A DNA stretch of 64,000 bases from Malacoraja senta (lineage: Eukaryota). Shown in pieces: positions 11,631-23,860 of the stretch. Every line of letters begins with the position of its first letter. Within the stretch, counting starts at the first letter, position 1. Below the pieces are notes generated by a model. It was given only the letters and a program-made list of their open reading frames with translations. It was not told the origin of the DNA and did no database searches. The stretch spans positions 22,756,001 through 22,820,000 of the forward strand of contig CM075989.1 in the NCBI GenBank assembly GCA_038087875.1. Direction: 5' to 3'. The position numbers and the translations under genes are program-made.

Positions 11631-12805
11631 AGCCCTGTCCCACGGTACGAGTTCATAGATAGATATAGATAGATATTTATTTGTTGTCATTTGAACCCGA
11701 GTTCAAACGAAATTCTGCTCCTGCAGTCATACAAACAAGTAAAAAGAACCAAGACACAACACAATTTACACAAACATCCATCACAGTGAATCTCCTCCTC
11801 ACTGTGATGGAAGGCAAAGTCTTGTCTCTCCCCTGCACTCCCCATTCTCCTCCCGATGTCAAAGTCAAAGCCCCCGGCGGGCGATTGTAGATATGTCCCG
11901 CGGCCATTAAAGCCGCGCCGGGCGATGCAAGGCCACGCTCCGGGTCTTGATGTTGTAGCCCCCGGTAGCGCCAGCAAGTCCCACGGCCACCAATGCCGCG
12001 CCGGGCGATGCCAGACCCCGCTCCAGGTCATCTTCAACCCCGCAACTCGGGCGGGAGTAGCTGCCGTTGCGGGAGCCCCGAAAAGCGGTCTCCCACCATG
12101 GACCCGCGAGCTCCCGATGTAACCATCCACCAGACCTGCGGCTGGAGCCTCCGAATCTCCGGGGCCGGGTCACAGCCGCGCGCCACCACAGCTCCGCCCG
12201 CTCCGAACTCGGCCAGCTCCACGATGGTGAGTAGTCCGCAGGCTCCGCGACTGGGGCCCCAGGTCGTTCCGGTTGGAGGCCTCTCCACGGTGCTAGGCCC
12301 CAACGACAACGGAGACCCGACAGAGAAAGGTCGGGTCTCCCGTGCAGGGAAAATATTTTAAAAGTTTCCCCACCCCACCCCCCGCCCCCCGCCCCCCCAC
12401 ACATACCCCAGTTTTTAAAAAAACACTATACAAAACTCAAACGAAACAAAAAAAATAAAAAAGACAGACAGACTGCAGAGGCCGCTGCAACCAAGTAACG
12501 CCGCGCCGTTCATTCCAAGAGCTCTCCCGAGTTTAAAAATAATCAAACTCGGGGTAAGCACGGAGAATGAACGTAGCGGGTACGTCGGAGCTTGGGGACG
12601 TCTCTTAGCGCTAATGGCAGGTACTCGGGAAGACTCGCTAACGGCAGGTAAGCACGGGACGACTCGTGAAGATTTTTCAACATGTTGAAAATGTCCACGA
12701 GAGCCCCGAGTACCGACGAGTGGCCGTTACCGTAAATCTCCGAGTTCGAATCAGAGCAAACTCGGGAGAGCTCTTGGAATGAACTCGTACTGTGGGACTG
12801 GGCTT
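11631..12805. mobile_element. Harbinger-type MITE split by a retroelement insertion
   Basis: Left end AGCCCTGTCCCACGGTACGAGTTCAT resumes as GTTCATTCCAAGAGCTCTC at 12508; right end GAGAGCTCTTGGAATGAACTCGTACTGTGGGACTGGGCT. Confidence 0.8.
11657..12507 (-). mobile_element. GC-rich non-coding retroelement with Rex1/Babar-type 3' end
   Basis: Minus-strand AATAAA followed by (ATCT)n-type tail; flanking GTTCAT duplication; 3' region resembles 35040-35220 and 44060-44245. Confidence 0.65.
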
Positions 12806-12909
12806 TCACTCCTTCTCCCCTGACACTCAGTCTGAAGATTGGGAAAGTCACACGTTCCTTCTCACCAGAGATGCTGCCTGTCCCGCTCAGTTACTCCAGT
12901 CTATCCTCG

Positions 12910-13193
12910 GCAAAAGCATGCCCTTCCCGCCCACTGAGTCCGCACCGCCCAGCGATCACCGCACATTAACACTATCCTACACACACATGGGCAATTTACA
13001 TTTATACAGAGCCAATTAACCTACATACCTGTACGTCTTTGGAGTGTGGGAGGGATCCAAAGATCTTGGAGAAAACCCACGCAGGTCACGGGGAGAACGT
13101 ACAAACTCCGTACAGACAGCGCCCGTAGTCGGGATTGAACCCGGGTCTCTGGCGCTGAAAGGCAGCAACTCTACCGCTGCGCCACCGTGATGC
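12910..13193 (-). mobile_element. HE1-like SINE
   Basis: Head, V-domain and partial tail. Confidence 0.9.
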
Positions 13194-13551
13194 CATCTTC
13201 CTTTGAGAGGGAATATTGAACTAAAATAATGAAGTCACAAGAATTGTTCGAGCCAGCAGCTCGTCAGGGGCAGAGAACTTAGGGTGCTTGCTCTCTCTAG
13301 AGTGCGTCCGACCCAGCCTGAACTGTTATTCAATGATCAATAATACTTTACTGCCACATGTACCAACTGTCGGTACAGCCAGATGCTTTGTTTTTGCATA
13401 CAAGCTGGTAAAATCATGTACCAGACCTCACCTAAGCTGTACACAGGATTTCTCATGGTGTAAGGTTAAGAAGAACATCTATCGAAACTGCTTCTAACCT
13501 CCGTGGATTCCCCAACTTTTCTCTTTCTTTTCCATTTCTCCTTCCATAGGA

Positions 13552-13815
13552 AGGACGGCGCGGTGGCGCAGCGGTAAAGTTGCCGACTCACAGCTCCAGA
13601 GACCCGGGTTCAATCCTGACTTTGGGTGCCGTGTTGTCTGGACGGAGTTTGTACGTTCTCCCCGTGACCTGCGTGGTTTTTCCCGTTTCCTCCCACAATC
13701 CAAAGATGTACAGGTTTGGAGGTTAATTGGCTTGGTAAAATTGTAAGTTATCCCCAGTTTGTGGGGATTGTTGGTCGGCGTGGACTCAGTGGGCTGAAGG
13801 GCCTGTTTCCGTGCT
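13552..13815 (+). mobile_element. HE1-like SINE
   Basis: GGCGCGGTGGCGCAGCGGTAAAG...GGTTCAATCC...GAAGGGCCTGTTTCC. Confidence 0.85.
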
Positions 13816-14477
13816 GTGGAAGAACAAATGAGGACCCGGTGCAGATATTTTGTAAGTTTGTCAACGCCCTTAATGTGGCGACTATTCGCATACCTTGGGT
13901 ATGTAAACAAAGAATTTCACTGTGACTTGCCACATGTGACAATAAAGTATTCCATTCCAACGAAACTAAACTGAAGGTGACGTCCTCAACTGAACTGACC
14001 TCCATCTGTCCATTGCCCAGGAATCGGCCTGGGTCATGTGGCTAAATCACTGTAGACTTTTATTCAGACCGCAGCAAAAGTACTTCCCGCTGAGCCAAGA
14101 CTAACGCTGCAGAAACTCTTCAGTTACCTGAAGAGAGGGGTAATGTCACTATTTGCCGATAACACCAAAACAGGGGAGGAGACATGCTGTGCAGAATAAT
14201 TCAGACGTAGTGAACATAACAGCACTAATCCCCCCTTGCTCTGTTTCTAAGAAGGCTCAGCTCAATGAAGCAGAAATTAAGTGGGGACTAGGAAATGAAT
14301 GGAAACAAAAAGATTTAAGCTTTGTGAAGTGAATGGTTATTTCAAATTACGAAAGGACTGGAGTGGTGCAATAATGCATGCAAGGCTAGAAAACTACAGT
14401 TTTTACAGAGTGTATGGTGATTTGGATTGGGTGAAGTTACATTTAGTTAAGCCCATCATACGACAACCCCTTCCAAC

Positions 14478-14795
14478 CAAAGATAGACACAAAAAGCTGG
14501 AGTAACTCAGCGGGGCAGGCAGCATCTCTGGAGAACATGGATCGGTGACATTTCACAGAGTGTTGGAGTAACCCAGCGGGACAGGCAGCATCTCTGGAGA
14601 GAAGGAATGGGTGACATTTCGGGTCGAGACCCTTCTTCAGACTGTCTGAAGAAGGTCCTCGACCCGAAACACCACCCATTCCTTCTCTCCAGAGATGCTG
14701 CCTGTCCCGCTGGGTTACTCCAGCATTTTGTGTCTGTCTCTGGGGAACATGGATAGGTGACGTTTCGGGTCAGGATCCTTCTTCAGACTGATTGC
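14478..14795. mobile_element. Cluster of inverted and tandem Penelope-like terminal repeats
   Basis: Back-to-back hammerhead-like cores at 14610-14675 (CTTCTTCAGACTGTCTGAAGAAGG). Confidence 0.8.
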
Positions 14796-15039
14796 AGGAT
14801 GGGGAAAGTATCTCTTCTGCCTTCCCTTCCCCCACCCACTCCTCCAGCACTTTGTGCTTCTCTAGGATCAGAGCTCCCATTCATTTGAAAGGGGAATCAT
14901 GATATACAAAATCCCAGAGGATAAAGGTAAGTTATATATTCTGTATTTTGTTTAAGCATCTCGTAGAGCTTTAATACATTTTAATTACTTTTTTTAGTTT
15001 TAATATTTGAAGCGCAATCTAAAACGTACAAAAAAAGAC

Positions 15040-15434
15040 CACAGAGTGCTGGAGTAACTCAGCGGGTCAGGCAGCATCTGTGGAGAACACGGATAGGTGA
15101 CGTTTCACAGAGTGCTGGAGTAACTCAGCGGGTCAGGCAGCATCTGTGGAGCGAAGGAAATGGGCAACCTTTTGGGCCGAAACCCTGAAGGAAATAGGCA
15201 ACGTTTCGGCCCGAAACCCTTCCGGGTTTCGGCCCGAAACGTTGCCTATTTCCTTCGCTCCATAGATGCTGCCGGAACATGGACAGGTGACGTTTCACAG
15301 AATGCTGGAGTAACTCAGCGGGTCAGGCAGCATCTGTGGAGAACATGGATAGGTGACGTTTCACAGAGTGCTGGAGTAACTCAGCGGGTCAGCCAGCATC
15401 GCTGGAGAACATGGATGGGTGACACTTCTTCAGA
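15040..15434 (-). repeat. 66-bp tandem array of Penelope-like repeat with a nested second-subfamily palindrome
   Basis: Same unit as 1983-2270; 15150-15272 carries the GGGTTTCGGCCCGAAACGTTGCC variant. Confidence 0.8.
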
Positions 15435-15509
15435 TTCAAAGCTTACAATCGTTCCAATAAAACAAAGCGCTAGAAATGTCCCATTGTCTGCACACAGAGA
15501 GAGAAGCAA

Positions 15510-15855
15510 CATTAATATTCAGCATGTCGAAGAGGATTCTCTTGAACTTCCACCGGTGCACAGTAGAGAGCATACTGACTGGTTGCATCGCAGCCTGGTT
15601 CAGCGAATTGAACGTCCAGGAGCAGAAAAGACTGCAAAAAGTTGGAAACACTGCCCAGTCCATCACCGGCTCTGACCTCCCCACCACCAGCGAAGGGATC
15701 TATCGCAGTCGCTGCCTCAAAAAGGCAGCCAACGTCATCAGAGGCCCACACCATCCTGGCCACGCACATCATCTCACCACTGCCATCAAGAAGAAGGTAC
15801 AGGAGCCTGAGAACTGCAACGTCCAGGTTCAGGAACAGCTTCTTCCCTGCAGCCA
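15510..15855 (+). mobile_element. Rex1/Babar-like LINE ORF C-terminal fragment (frameshifted)
   Basis: NFHRCTVESILTGCIAAWF...KRLQKVGNTAQSITG...RCLKKAANVI..PHHPGH / PLPSRRRYRSLRTATSRFRNSFFPAA. Confidence 0.8.
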
Positions 15856-16944
15856 TATATATAGCACAGAAACAGGCCCTTCAGCCCAGCTTGCCCATGC
15901 CAACCATGGTGCCCCAGCCACACTAATCCCATCTGCCCGCGTTTGGCCCATGTTCCTCTAGACCTTACCTATCCGCGTACCTGCCCAAATGTTTTTTACA
16001 TGTTGTTATAATTTCTGCCCCAACTACCTCCTCCGGCAACTCGTTCTCTGTACCCACCTCTGTGGGTACACAAACTCTGTGTGTGAAAAGGTTGCCCCTC
16101 AGATTCCCATCAAATCTTCCCCCCCCCACCCCCCCTCACATTAAACCAATGTCCACTAATCGATAATAAAAATTAATTTAGACAAAAATGCTGGAGAAAC
16201 TCAGCGGATGAGGGCAAGCATCTATGGAGAGAAGGAATAGGTGATGTTTCGAGTCGAGACCCTTAAGGGTGAGGCAGCATCTATGGAGCGAAGGAATAGG
16301 TGACTTTTCGGGTCGAGACCCGAAACGACACCTATTCCTTTGCTCCATAGATGCTGCCTCACCTGCTGAGTTTCTCCAGCATTTTTGTCTACCTTCGATT
16401 TTTCCAGCATCTGCAGTTCTTTCTTAAACATAAAAATAAACTTAAACATTTCACTTGGACGTAAGCAGACAAATATATATCCCAGACCTCTCGCCAAACA
16501 TCCAACCGTGTCGTTAAAGCAATTAGATTTTTGCACAGCGCTATTTAAATAATGCGACTTCCAGCGCGCAGGGAATTTTAAATTGAAACGTCTTCCCTCT
16601 CCCCCTGTGCTTTTGACAATTTGCCCTCCTCCCACAATCTGTGCGGTGGAAGAGGCAGGAGCTGGGAGCACAGGGAACTAGCTGGAGGAGGGGAGAGGCA
16701 ACCATAGCTGGAGAGGAGACAGCGAAGGGGGAAGGCCAAGAAAATGCCTTTTGACAGACGGAATTAAGTTTTAGAAAGCGGGGCGTGGTGAGCAGAAGGG
16801 AGAGATAGCTCAGTCCCCCATGGAAACTCTTCCACAGCCGCACTCAGCCTCATCTCCCTCCCCTCAGCGTATGCTGCTGTATTCGTTGACTACAAAATAA
16901 CATTCATTTAGTTCACAAACAAAGATCAGGGCCGCACGGTGGCA

Positions 16945-17132
16945 CATAAACATAGACATAGAAACATAGAAACATAGAAACATAGACATAGAAACATAGA
17001 AACATAGACATAGAAACATAGAAAATAGGTGCAGGAGTAGGCCATTCGGCCCTTTGAGCCAGCACAACCATTCAATATGATCGTGGCTGATCATCCAAAA
17101 TCAGTACCCCGTTCCTGCTTTTCCCCATATCC
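16945..17132 (-). mobile_element. CR1 3' UTR with expanded (ACATAGAA)n tail
   Basis: Repeated ACATAGAA followed by AATAGGTGCAGGAGTAGGCCATTCGGCCC. Confidence 0.85.
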
Positions 17133-17134
17133 TT

Positions 17135-17455
17135 TGGCGCAGCGGTAGAGTTGCTGCTTTACAACACCAGAGACCCAGGTTCAATCCTGACTACAGGTGC
17201 TGTCTGTATGGAGTTTGTACATTCTCCCTGTGACCTGCCTGTGTGGGTTTACACCTGGTGCTCCGGTTTCCTCCCACACTGCAAAGACGTGCAGGTTTGT
17301 ACGTTAATTGGCTTCGGTAAGGATTGTAAATTGTCCCTAATGTGTAGGATAGTGTTAGTGTATGGGAATCTTTGGTCAGCGTGGACTTAGACGGGCCGAA
17401 GGGCCTGTTTCCGCACTGTACCACTAAACTAAGCTAACCTAAACTAAACTAAACT
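17135..17455 (+). mobile_element. HE1-like SINE
   Basis: Head, V-domain and (AAACT)n tail. Confidence 0.9.
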
Positions 17456-17609
17456 GCAGATGTCGGTTTGTTACCAAAGATTGACCCAAAGTGCTGGAGT
17501 AACTCAGCAGGTTAGGCTGTATCTCTGGAGAAAATGGACAGGTGATGTTTCGGGTCGGGATCCTTTTTCAGACTGAAAAATCAACTGAGGTTAGCTTGAG
17601 ATGCAGTTG

Positions 17610-18120
17610 AGATACAGCGTGGAAACAGGCCCTTCGGCCCATCTAGTCCATGCCGCCCATTGGTCATCCTACACACTGGGGACAATTGACAGAAGCCAAT
17701 TAACTGACAAATCTATACGTCTTTGGAATGTGGGCGTAAACCGGAGCACCCGGAGGAAACCCACGCGGTCACAGGGGGAACGTGCAAACTCTGTACAGAC
17801 AGCACCCGAGATGAGGAAAACCTTTTTCACCCAGAGAGTTGTGAATCTGTGGAATTCTCTGCCACAGAAGGCAGTGGGGGCCAATTCACTGGGTGTTTTC
17901 AAGAGAGAGTTAGATTTAGCTTTTAGGGCTGATGGAATCAAGGGGGTTATGGAGAGAAAGCAGGAACGGGGTACTGATTGTGGGTGATCTGCCATGATCA
18001 TATCGAATGGCTCGTAGGGCAGAATGGACTACCCCTGCATCTATTTTCTATGTTTCTATGTGATTGAACCGGGGTCTCTGGCGCTGTAGGGCAGCAATTC
18101 TACCGCTGAGCAACCGTGCT
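17610..18120 (-). mobile_element. HE1-like SINE interrupted by a plus-strand CR1 3' fragment (17808-18060)
   Basis: SINE body stops at GACAGCACCCG and resumes at GATTGAACCGGGGTCTC; insert translates EMRKTFFTQRVVNLWNSLPQKAV. Confidence 0.85.
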
Positions 18121-20039
18121 CCGCTGCCCTATTAGTATAAGATGCATGTCAAGGGAAAAATATACATGACCAGTGGAACTCAGAGTGGAAAAGCAGCAAA
18201 CTGTGGACAAAATGTCGGGACTAACTAGCTGGTTCTGGTATCTAGATCAAGCCTTGCCAAAACACAGGGAGACCACCTCATGATAAATCTACATCCAGTG
18301 CATCATAACATATACATCCCCTTCAATTTCATTCATTCTCCAAAACAGAGATTAATGCAAAATCTCAAGTTTAATCATCGTAAAATGGAGACAGTGCAGA
18401 AAAGTGTGCCTCCCGGCTATGACCTTTTTCGATGTTTATGATGCCAACATTATATTGCCGACAAGATCTTTAAAGGCTTGTTGCAGCTGTTGCTGCAGCT
18501 GGGCCTGAGATTTGGTTAAAAATAAACATGGAACTTTGTGGCCCTTCTCAAAGGACTGGCAGATGAGAATGATGGAAGACGCGAGCAGGGAGCGTCACAG
18601 GAGAGGACATCCTGTACGCCGTCTAATAATATTATAGTACTGTATTCCGCAGCGCCCCCCCCCCCCCCCCCAACAGCAATAATTGCTGATTAGATTGGTG
18701 GTATGTGCCTGCACGCCTGCCTTGGGTTGCTAGGGAGTGAAGCGCATGTTATGCTGGGGAAAGAGAGCAGAGGAGTAAGTGAGCAAAGAGGTTTAATTTG
18801 AGGAGGTTAGAATCCTGCAGGTTTGGGGTTGAAGGTGACGTGACTGCTTGGGCTCCAGCGGAATATGCAGAAATCAAACTAAATTGCTGGCATCTGGTGC
18901 AGGCTTCTGCGACGGGCTGCGATTGGTGAGCCACCATCGTCTGCCTCACCTCTCTCTTCAGAAGGGGCTTCTGACATGCCGAAAGCTCGTAATTGGAGTA
19001 ATTCCGAATTAATGGATGTGAAATATTCCAGAGCCCGGGATAACACATGACAGCTGGCATGAATATTGCTGGTTTATTTATCAATGCAGACGGATTGCAA
19101 AGAGTTAGCGCAATGCTAGGGTGCCCCTCAGCCGATTTGATAAGATTTTCTAAACGGCAATGTTTATTATCATTATAGAGCTTTGAGTATTATATATTTC
19201 AGACCCGTCTGAAGAAAGGGCCTCGACCTGAAACGTCACCCATTCCTTCTCTCCAGAGATGCTGCCTGTCCCGCTGAGTTACGCCAGCTTTTTGTGTCTA
19301 TCTTCGGTTTAAACCAGCATCTTTCAGCACTTCCTTCTTACACATTATATCTTTATATTCTGCTTTCTCTGCTTGAATGTCGCAGGTAGCCACACGGAAG
19401 GTTGATTAACACATTGAAATCTATTTTTTCTCCATTTTGTTCCACTCAAAACTATACATAGGACGACAGCATTTAGCCAGCTTGTGAGGAAGGCTGTTTT
19501 AAGTTTTCAAAACACACTTTGAAAATGTCTAATCTGCCTGCATTTCCAATTTACCGTCCTGGAGTTTATTGTCAAATAATATCGTCATTACAGAACTAAG
19601 AGCATGGCATCCATTTTATAGTGCAGGAAGGAATTGCAGATGCTGGGTAACTATACACAAAGTGCTGGAGTAACTCAGCGGGACAGGCAGCATCTCCGGA
19701 GAGAAAGAATGGGTGACGTTTCCGGTCGAGACCCTTCTTCAGACCATTTTATAGTATTGTTCAGGAGCTACGTGAATTAGAGTTACTCCGGCATTTTATG
19801 TCTGTCTTATGTGAATTAGTTAAATGCATAATGCTTCAATTTGAAATGAAAGAAATATAATTTTTCATGTTAAACTATTTCTATGCTTCGGAGGTTTTTA
19901 CCCCCAAATAACTTCATCTATTTTTTTTTTTTAAACTCTAATACCAACATGTTACTTCAACCTATGACAGGGAAGAAATCTTTGTTTCGTCTCTCTTTAT
20001 ATCCAGCTGTTTCACTAAGCTGCTGACTTCCAGGCAGGT

Positions 20040-20600
20040 TAATGTGGTTTTCCCTTGCTTTCCGTCTCTCTCTCTCTCCCTCCCTCCCTCACCTGTCCAA
20101 GTTCTCCGACTAGTTTCACTGTCCTCCTGATTAATTTTACTGATTGCTTGCCTTGTTGTCACCTTCCCCTCAGCTAACAATGAACCGTAGATAACGACAA
20201 AAAGCTGGAGTAACTCAGCGGGTCAGGCAGCATCTCTGGAGAAAAGGAATAGGAAACGTTTTGGGTTGAGATCCTTCTTCAGATCATGTATAATGTGCCA
20301 GACCCGAAACATCACCCATACCTTCTCTCCAGAGATGCTGCCTGTCCTGTTGAGTTACTCCAGCATTTTGTAGCAACCTTCAGTGTAAACCAGCATCTGC
20401 AGTTCCTTCCTACACATAACTGAACCATTCGACACTTCCTTGAACATCGTCTGCTTTGATCTCTCCTTTTCACACCTTACCCTTCCATATCTCTCATCTC
20501 CCTCTCCCCTGACTCTCAGTCTGAAGAAGGGTCTCGAGCCAGAACATCAGCCATTCCTTATCTCCAGAAACATTGCCTGTCCCGCTGAGTTACTCCAGCC
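20040..20600 (+). mobile_element. Longer Penelope-like 3' UTR/terminal repeat with a nested palindromic copy (~20187-20420)
   Basis: Pyrimidine-rich region with CAGCTAACAATG, as in 58564-58790, leading into CAGTCTGAAGAAGGGTCTCGA. Confidence 0.7.
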
Positions 20601-20865
20601 ACAGACAGACATAAAAACAGTTTTTATCCACGAGTAGTTGCTCTACTCAACAGCCAAAAATCTGTAGCCTCCCTTTGATCTGGTATTTTGTTGGTTCACA
20701 TGCTTGATCAATGGTGTTTTATCATTAATGTTTGATTATTATTATTGTTTAGTGTTTTCTGAGTCATTCGTAACTGTCACTGTATGTCATGTTGTTACTT
20801 GTGGGCGGAGCACCAAGGCAAATTCCTTGTATGTGAATACTTGGCCAATAAACTTACTTACTTAT
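20600..20865 (+). mobile_element. Rex1/Babar-like LINE 3' end
   Basis: TDRHKNSFYPRVVALLN, then UTR, AATAAA and (CTTA)n tail; the same tail is inverted at 44547-44648. Confidence 0.7.
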
Positions 20866-22239
20866 GTTATGCCTACCTTCGGTGTAAACCAGCATCTGCA
20901 GTTCCTTCCCGCACAGAACTATTTAGATTCCATTCAAAGTGGTGAGACATCAGCCTCACTCAAAACCATCATTAGCATACGCTAACTTTGTCAGAAAGCC
21001 CACAGGAAAATAAATATGATTGATGCAGATGTGTTTACACATGGGGTGTTTTTTTTTTCCATGTTTCTGTCTTTTCATGAGGAAACTGACAGGCAAGAAC
21101 GCTGACATCATTACATGGTGAATGCTTTTGTCCCCAGTTAGACAGTGGAGCGATACCAGCAAAGGAGGAACTGGTCCTGTGAAACACCTTATACAATATT
21201 CCCTCATTAAGATGCAGCTATCTTTTGGTGAGATATGGTCAGGTTTCATCTCTTTGTATAGTTTATATGGAATCGTAGCCCAAACCTTTGTCAAGCGGTC
21301 TATGGAGGATTAGTGGAGCATCGATTAAAAATGACCCATTTAGGTCAATCAGAGGAAGGAATGTTACTTTAAGTAAGAACAGAAGGTGGACAAAAATGCT
21401 GGAGGAACTCAGCGGGTGAGGCAGCATCTAGGGAGAGAAGGAATGGGTGACGTTTCGGGTCAAGACCCTTATTCAGACCCGAAGATCAGTCTAAAGAAGG
21501 GTCTCGAACCGAAACGTCACCCATTCCTTCTCTCCAGAGATTCTGCCTGTCCCGCTGAGTTACTCCAGCATTTTGTGTCCATCTTTGATTTAAACCAGCA
21601 TCTGCAGTTCCTTCCTACGCAATAATACATTACACCGGTGTCACGGTCCACAATAAATCTAACCACAGTGTAAAGCGTACTCTAACCTTTCTCCGCATGA
21701 TGTGAAGCCAACTCTAATTAGACCACTTCCCGGCTACATCATTCTTTTCAACTGTTACAAACTTATATTTCATCAAGCGAGCTGGGAAAAAAAAAGTTAG
21801 CCTTCAGACACTTTAAACTAACGATTATTCAGTCCACCTAATTTTGCCTTGTGTTGCATTGCTTCCTGAAGCATATTGGATTGGTTATTGGCAGCCAGCT
21901 GTCAATAGCCAAACCCTAGAGAGCTGGCTATTTGTGTATTGACTGATCAAGTGCTGCTTAATAGACACATAATTGTTAACAAATACCCTTCGATGGACTG
22001 TCAGAATGGGACTGTAAATGGATGACATTTCACTTTGCCAGGTGACCAGGCACTCTCTGAAATGTTAGGTCTGACAGCAGTGGAAAACTTTAGAAAATCA
22101 AGTGTTTGATCAGCGAGGGATATCAATGGCAGGCAAAGCCTTTATTGTGGAATTAGTCAGCGTAAAGGGAGGCCACTTGTCCATTGTCCCTGCCCCGGCT
22201 CTTCAAAGGGGGCTATCACTGGGACATGCCCACTCATCT

Positions 22240-22536
22240 TTAGTTTAGTTTAGTGATACAGACTGGAAACAGGCCCTTCGGCCCACCGAGTCCGTGCCGA
22301 CCCAGCGATCCCCACACACTAACGCTATCCTGCACACGCTAGGGATAATTAACAATTATACCAAGCCAATTAGCCTACAAACCTGCATGTCTTTGGAGTG
22401 TGGGAGAAAACCGGAAATCCTGGAGAAAACCCACGCGGTCACGGGGAGAACATACAAACTCCGTACAGACAGCGCCCGTAGTCAGGATCGAACCCGCGTC
22501 CCTTGCGCAGTAAGACAGCAACTCTACCGCTGCGCC
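22240..22536 (-). mobile_element. HE1-like SINE
   Basis: Tail, V-domain and head on minus strand. Confidence 0.9.
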
Positions 22537-23065
22537 CTTTTTCCATAGTTCTGCAATATTTTCATCATTGTCCAATATTTCCATTGAAAGTTGTTTATTA
22601 ATTAGTAAACATGCTTAGTAAGTTGACTAGTGAGGGTGCCAGGGGTTATGGGGAGAAGGCAGGAGAATGGGGTTGAGAGGGAGAGATAGATCAGCCATGA
22701 TTGAATGGCGGAGTAGACTTGATGGGCCGAATGGCCTAATTCTGCTCCTAGAACTTATGCATTTAGTAATTTCAGAGATTTTGTTGAAAATCATAATCAC
22801 AGAAAAAACATTATTCTTCATTCCTCTTTTATTTACCAGTTCTCTTAAATCTGTCTCTTTAAAGTTCATTTAATTTGTAATTTAAGACTGGTATGCTTCC
22901 AGTAAGAAGGCCGTCCACGGGAACCCATTCCTTCTCTCTAGAGATGTTTCCTGTCCCGCTGAGTTACTCCAGCTTTTTGTGTCTATCTTCGGTGAATGGG
23001 TGATCGATGGTCAGCGCGGACTCAGTGGGTCAAAGTGCCTCGAAACTAAACTAAACGTTTGCGTC

Positions 23066-23207
23066 TTCTTCTTCTTGTTGTGTATGGCGTGCACAGCCTA
23101 AAGTTGTAGGACAACTTGTTCTATTTGACCTTATTTGATTGTGCACGTCAGGTTGATTGCATTCGTCGAAACAGGGCGGTAGATTGAAGGTTTCAATCTC
23201 CCACCCC
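23066..23207 (-). mobile_element. ~140-bp SINE with HDV-like-ribozyme head and (GAA)n tail (Ingi/Vingi-like non-autonomous element)
   Basis: Homologous to 24754-24888; 12-bp TSD AAC[G/A]TTTGC[G/A]TC at 23054-23065 and 23208-23219. Confidence 0.8.
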
Positions 23208-23488
23208 AACATTTGCATCAATCGAACATGATTACTCTTCGGCAACTATAACGTCTAACATTTGGAGATGGAACTGCAGAATTTAACCAGTAGCTCTCTC
23301 TGCAAACGCTGCCAAGTTGGTAAAAGGTTGGGTCAGTATGACAGGACCATTAACTATCTCTTCCAGTGGCGCCTGCTATGCTCCCCATCCCAAGCACAAT
23401 CTACGATCGCAAGTTCCAAATGACCCTGGTCCCAAAGTTAAGGCCTGTTAACTTTCAATAAATACATGGTTTAGTTTACCGTGGATAC

Positions 23489-23860
23489 TTCTCCGTGGAT
23501 TGTCACCTTGTCGTGGTGGAGAAGCTTGTGTGGACCTGAGATCCTGAGAGCGATGCCGTCTGGAGCGATGCTCCTGGTAGGGCCACCCATGGTGGCAAAG
23601 GTCGAGGGGGGAGGTCTCTGACAAAGAGCAATCCAACCAAGACCTCAATGGTGGAGCAGGCGGAGGATGATGGCTGACCTTAGTGGAGCATCACAACGGC
23701 TGGGAAGGCGGATGAAGGCTGCAGCAGAAAAGGGTCCCCGGTCATCTTGGACTCCATGCCACTGGATCCTGACCCAGATCTGTCAAGGACCATGTGGTGG
23801 CTGTCCATGCACCAGTCTCCCCACGTTAAACAAAGTCACGCACAGGCGTCCTCCTTGTAG
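23489..23860 (+). mobile_element. RTE-clade (Expander/Rex3/BovB-like) 5' UTR fragment
   Basis: GGATTGTCACCTTGTCGTGGTGGAG...GAGCGATGCCGT...GGTAGGGCCACCCA...CTGACAAA resembles RTE 5' ends as I recall them. Confidence 0.6.

Noticed and set aside
12440..12507. HDV-like ribozyme at the 5' end of the GC-rich element
   Set aside because: I could not find a P1/P2/L3/CGAA arrangement by eye.
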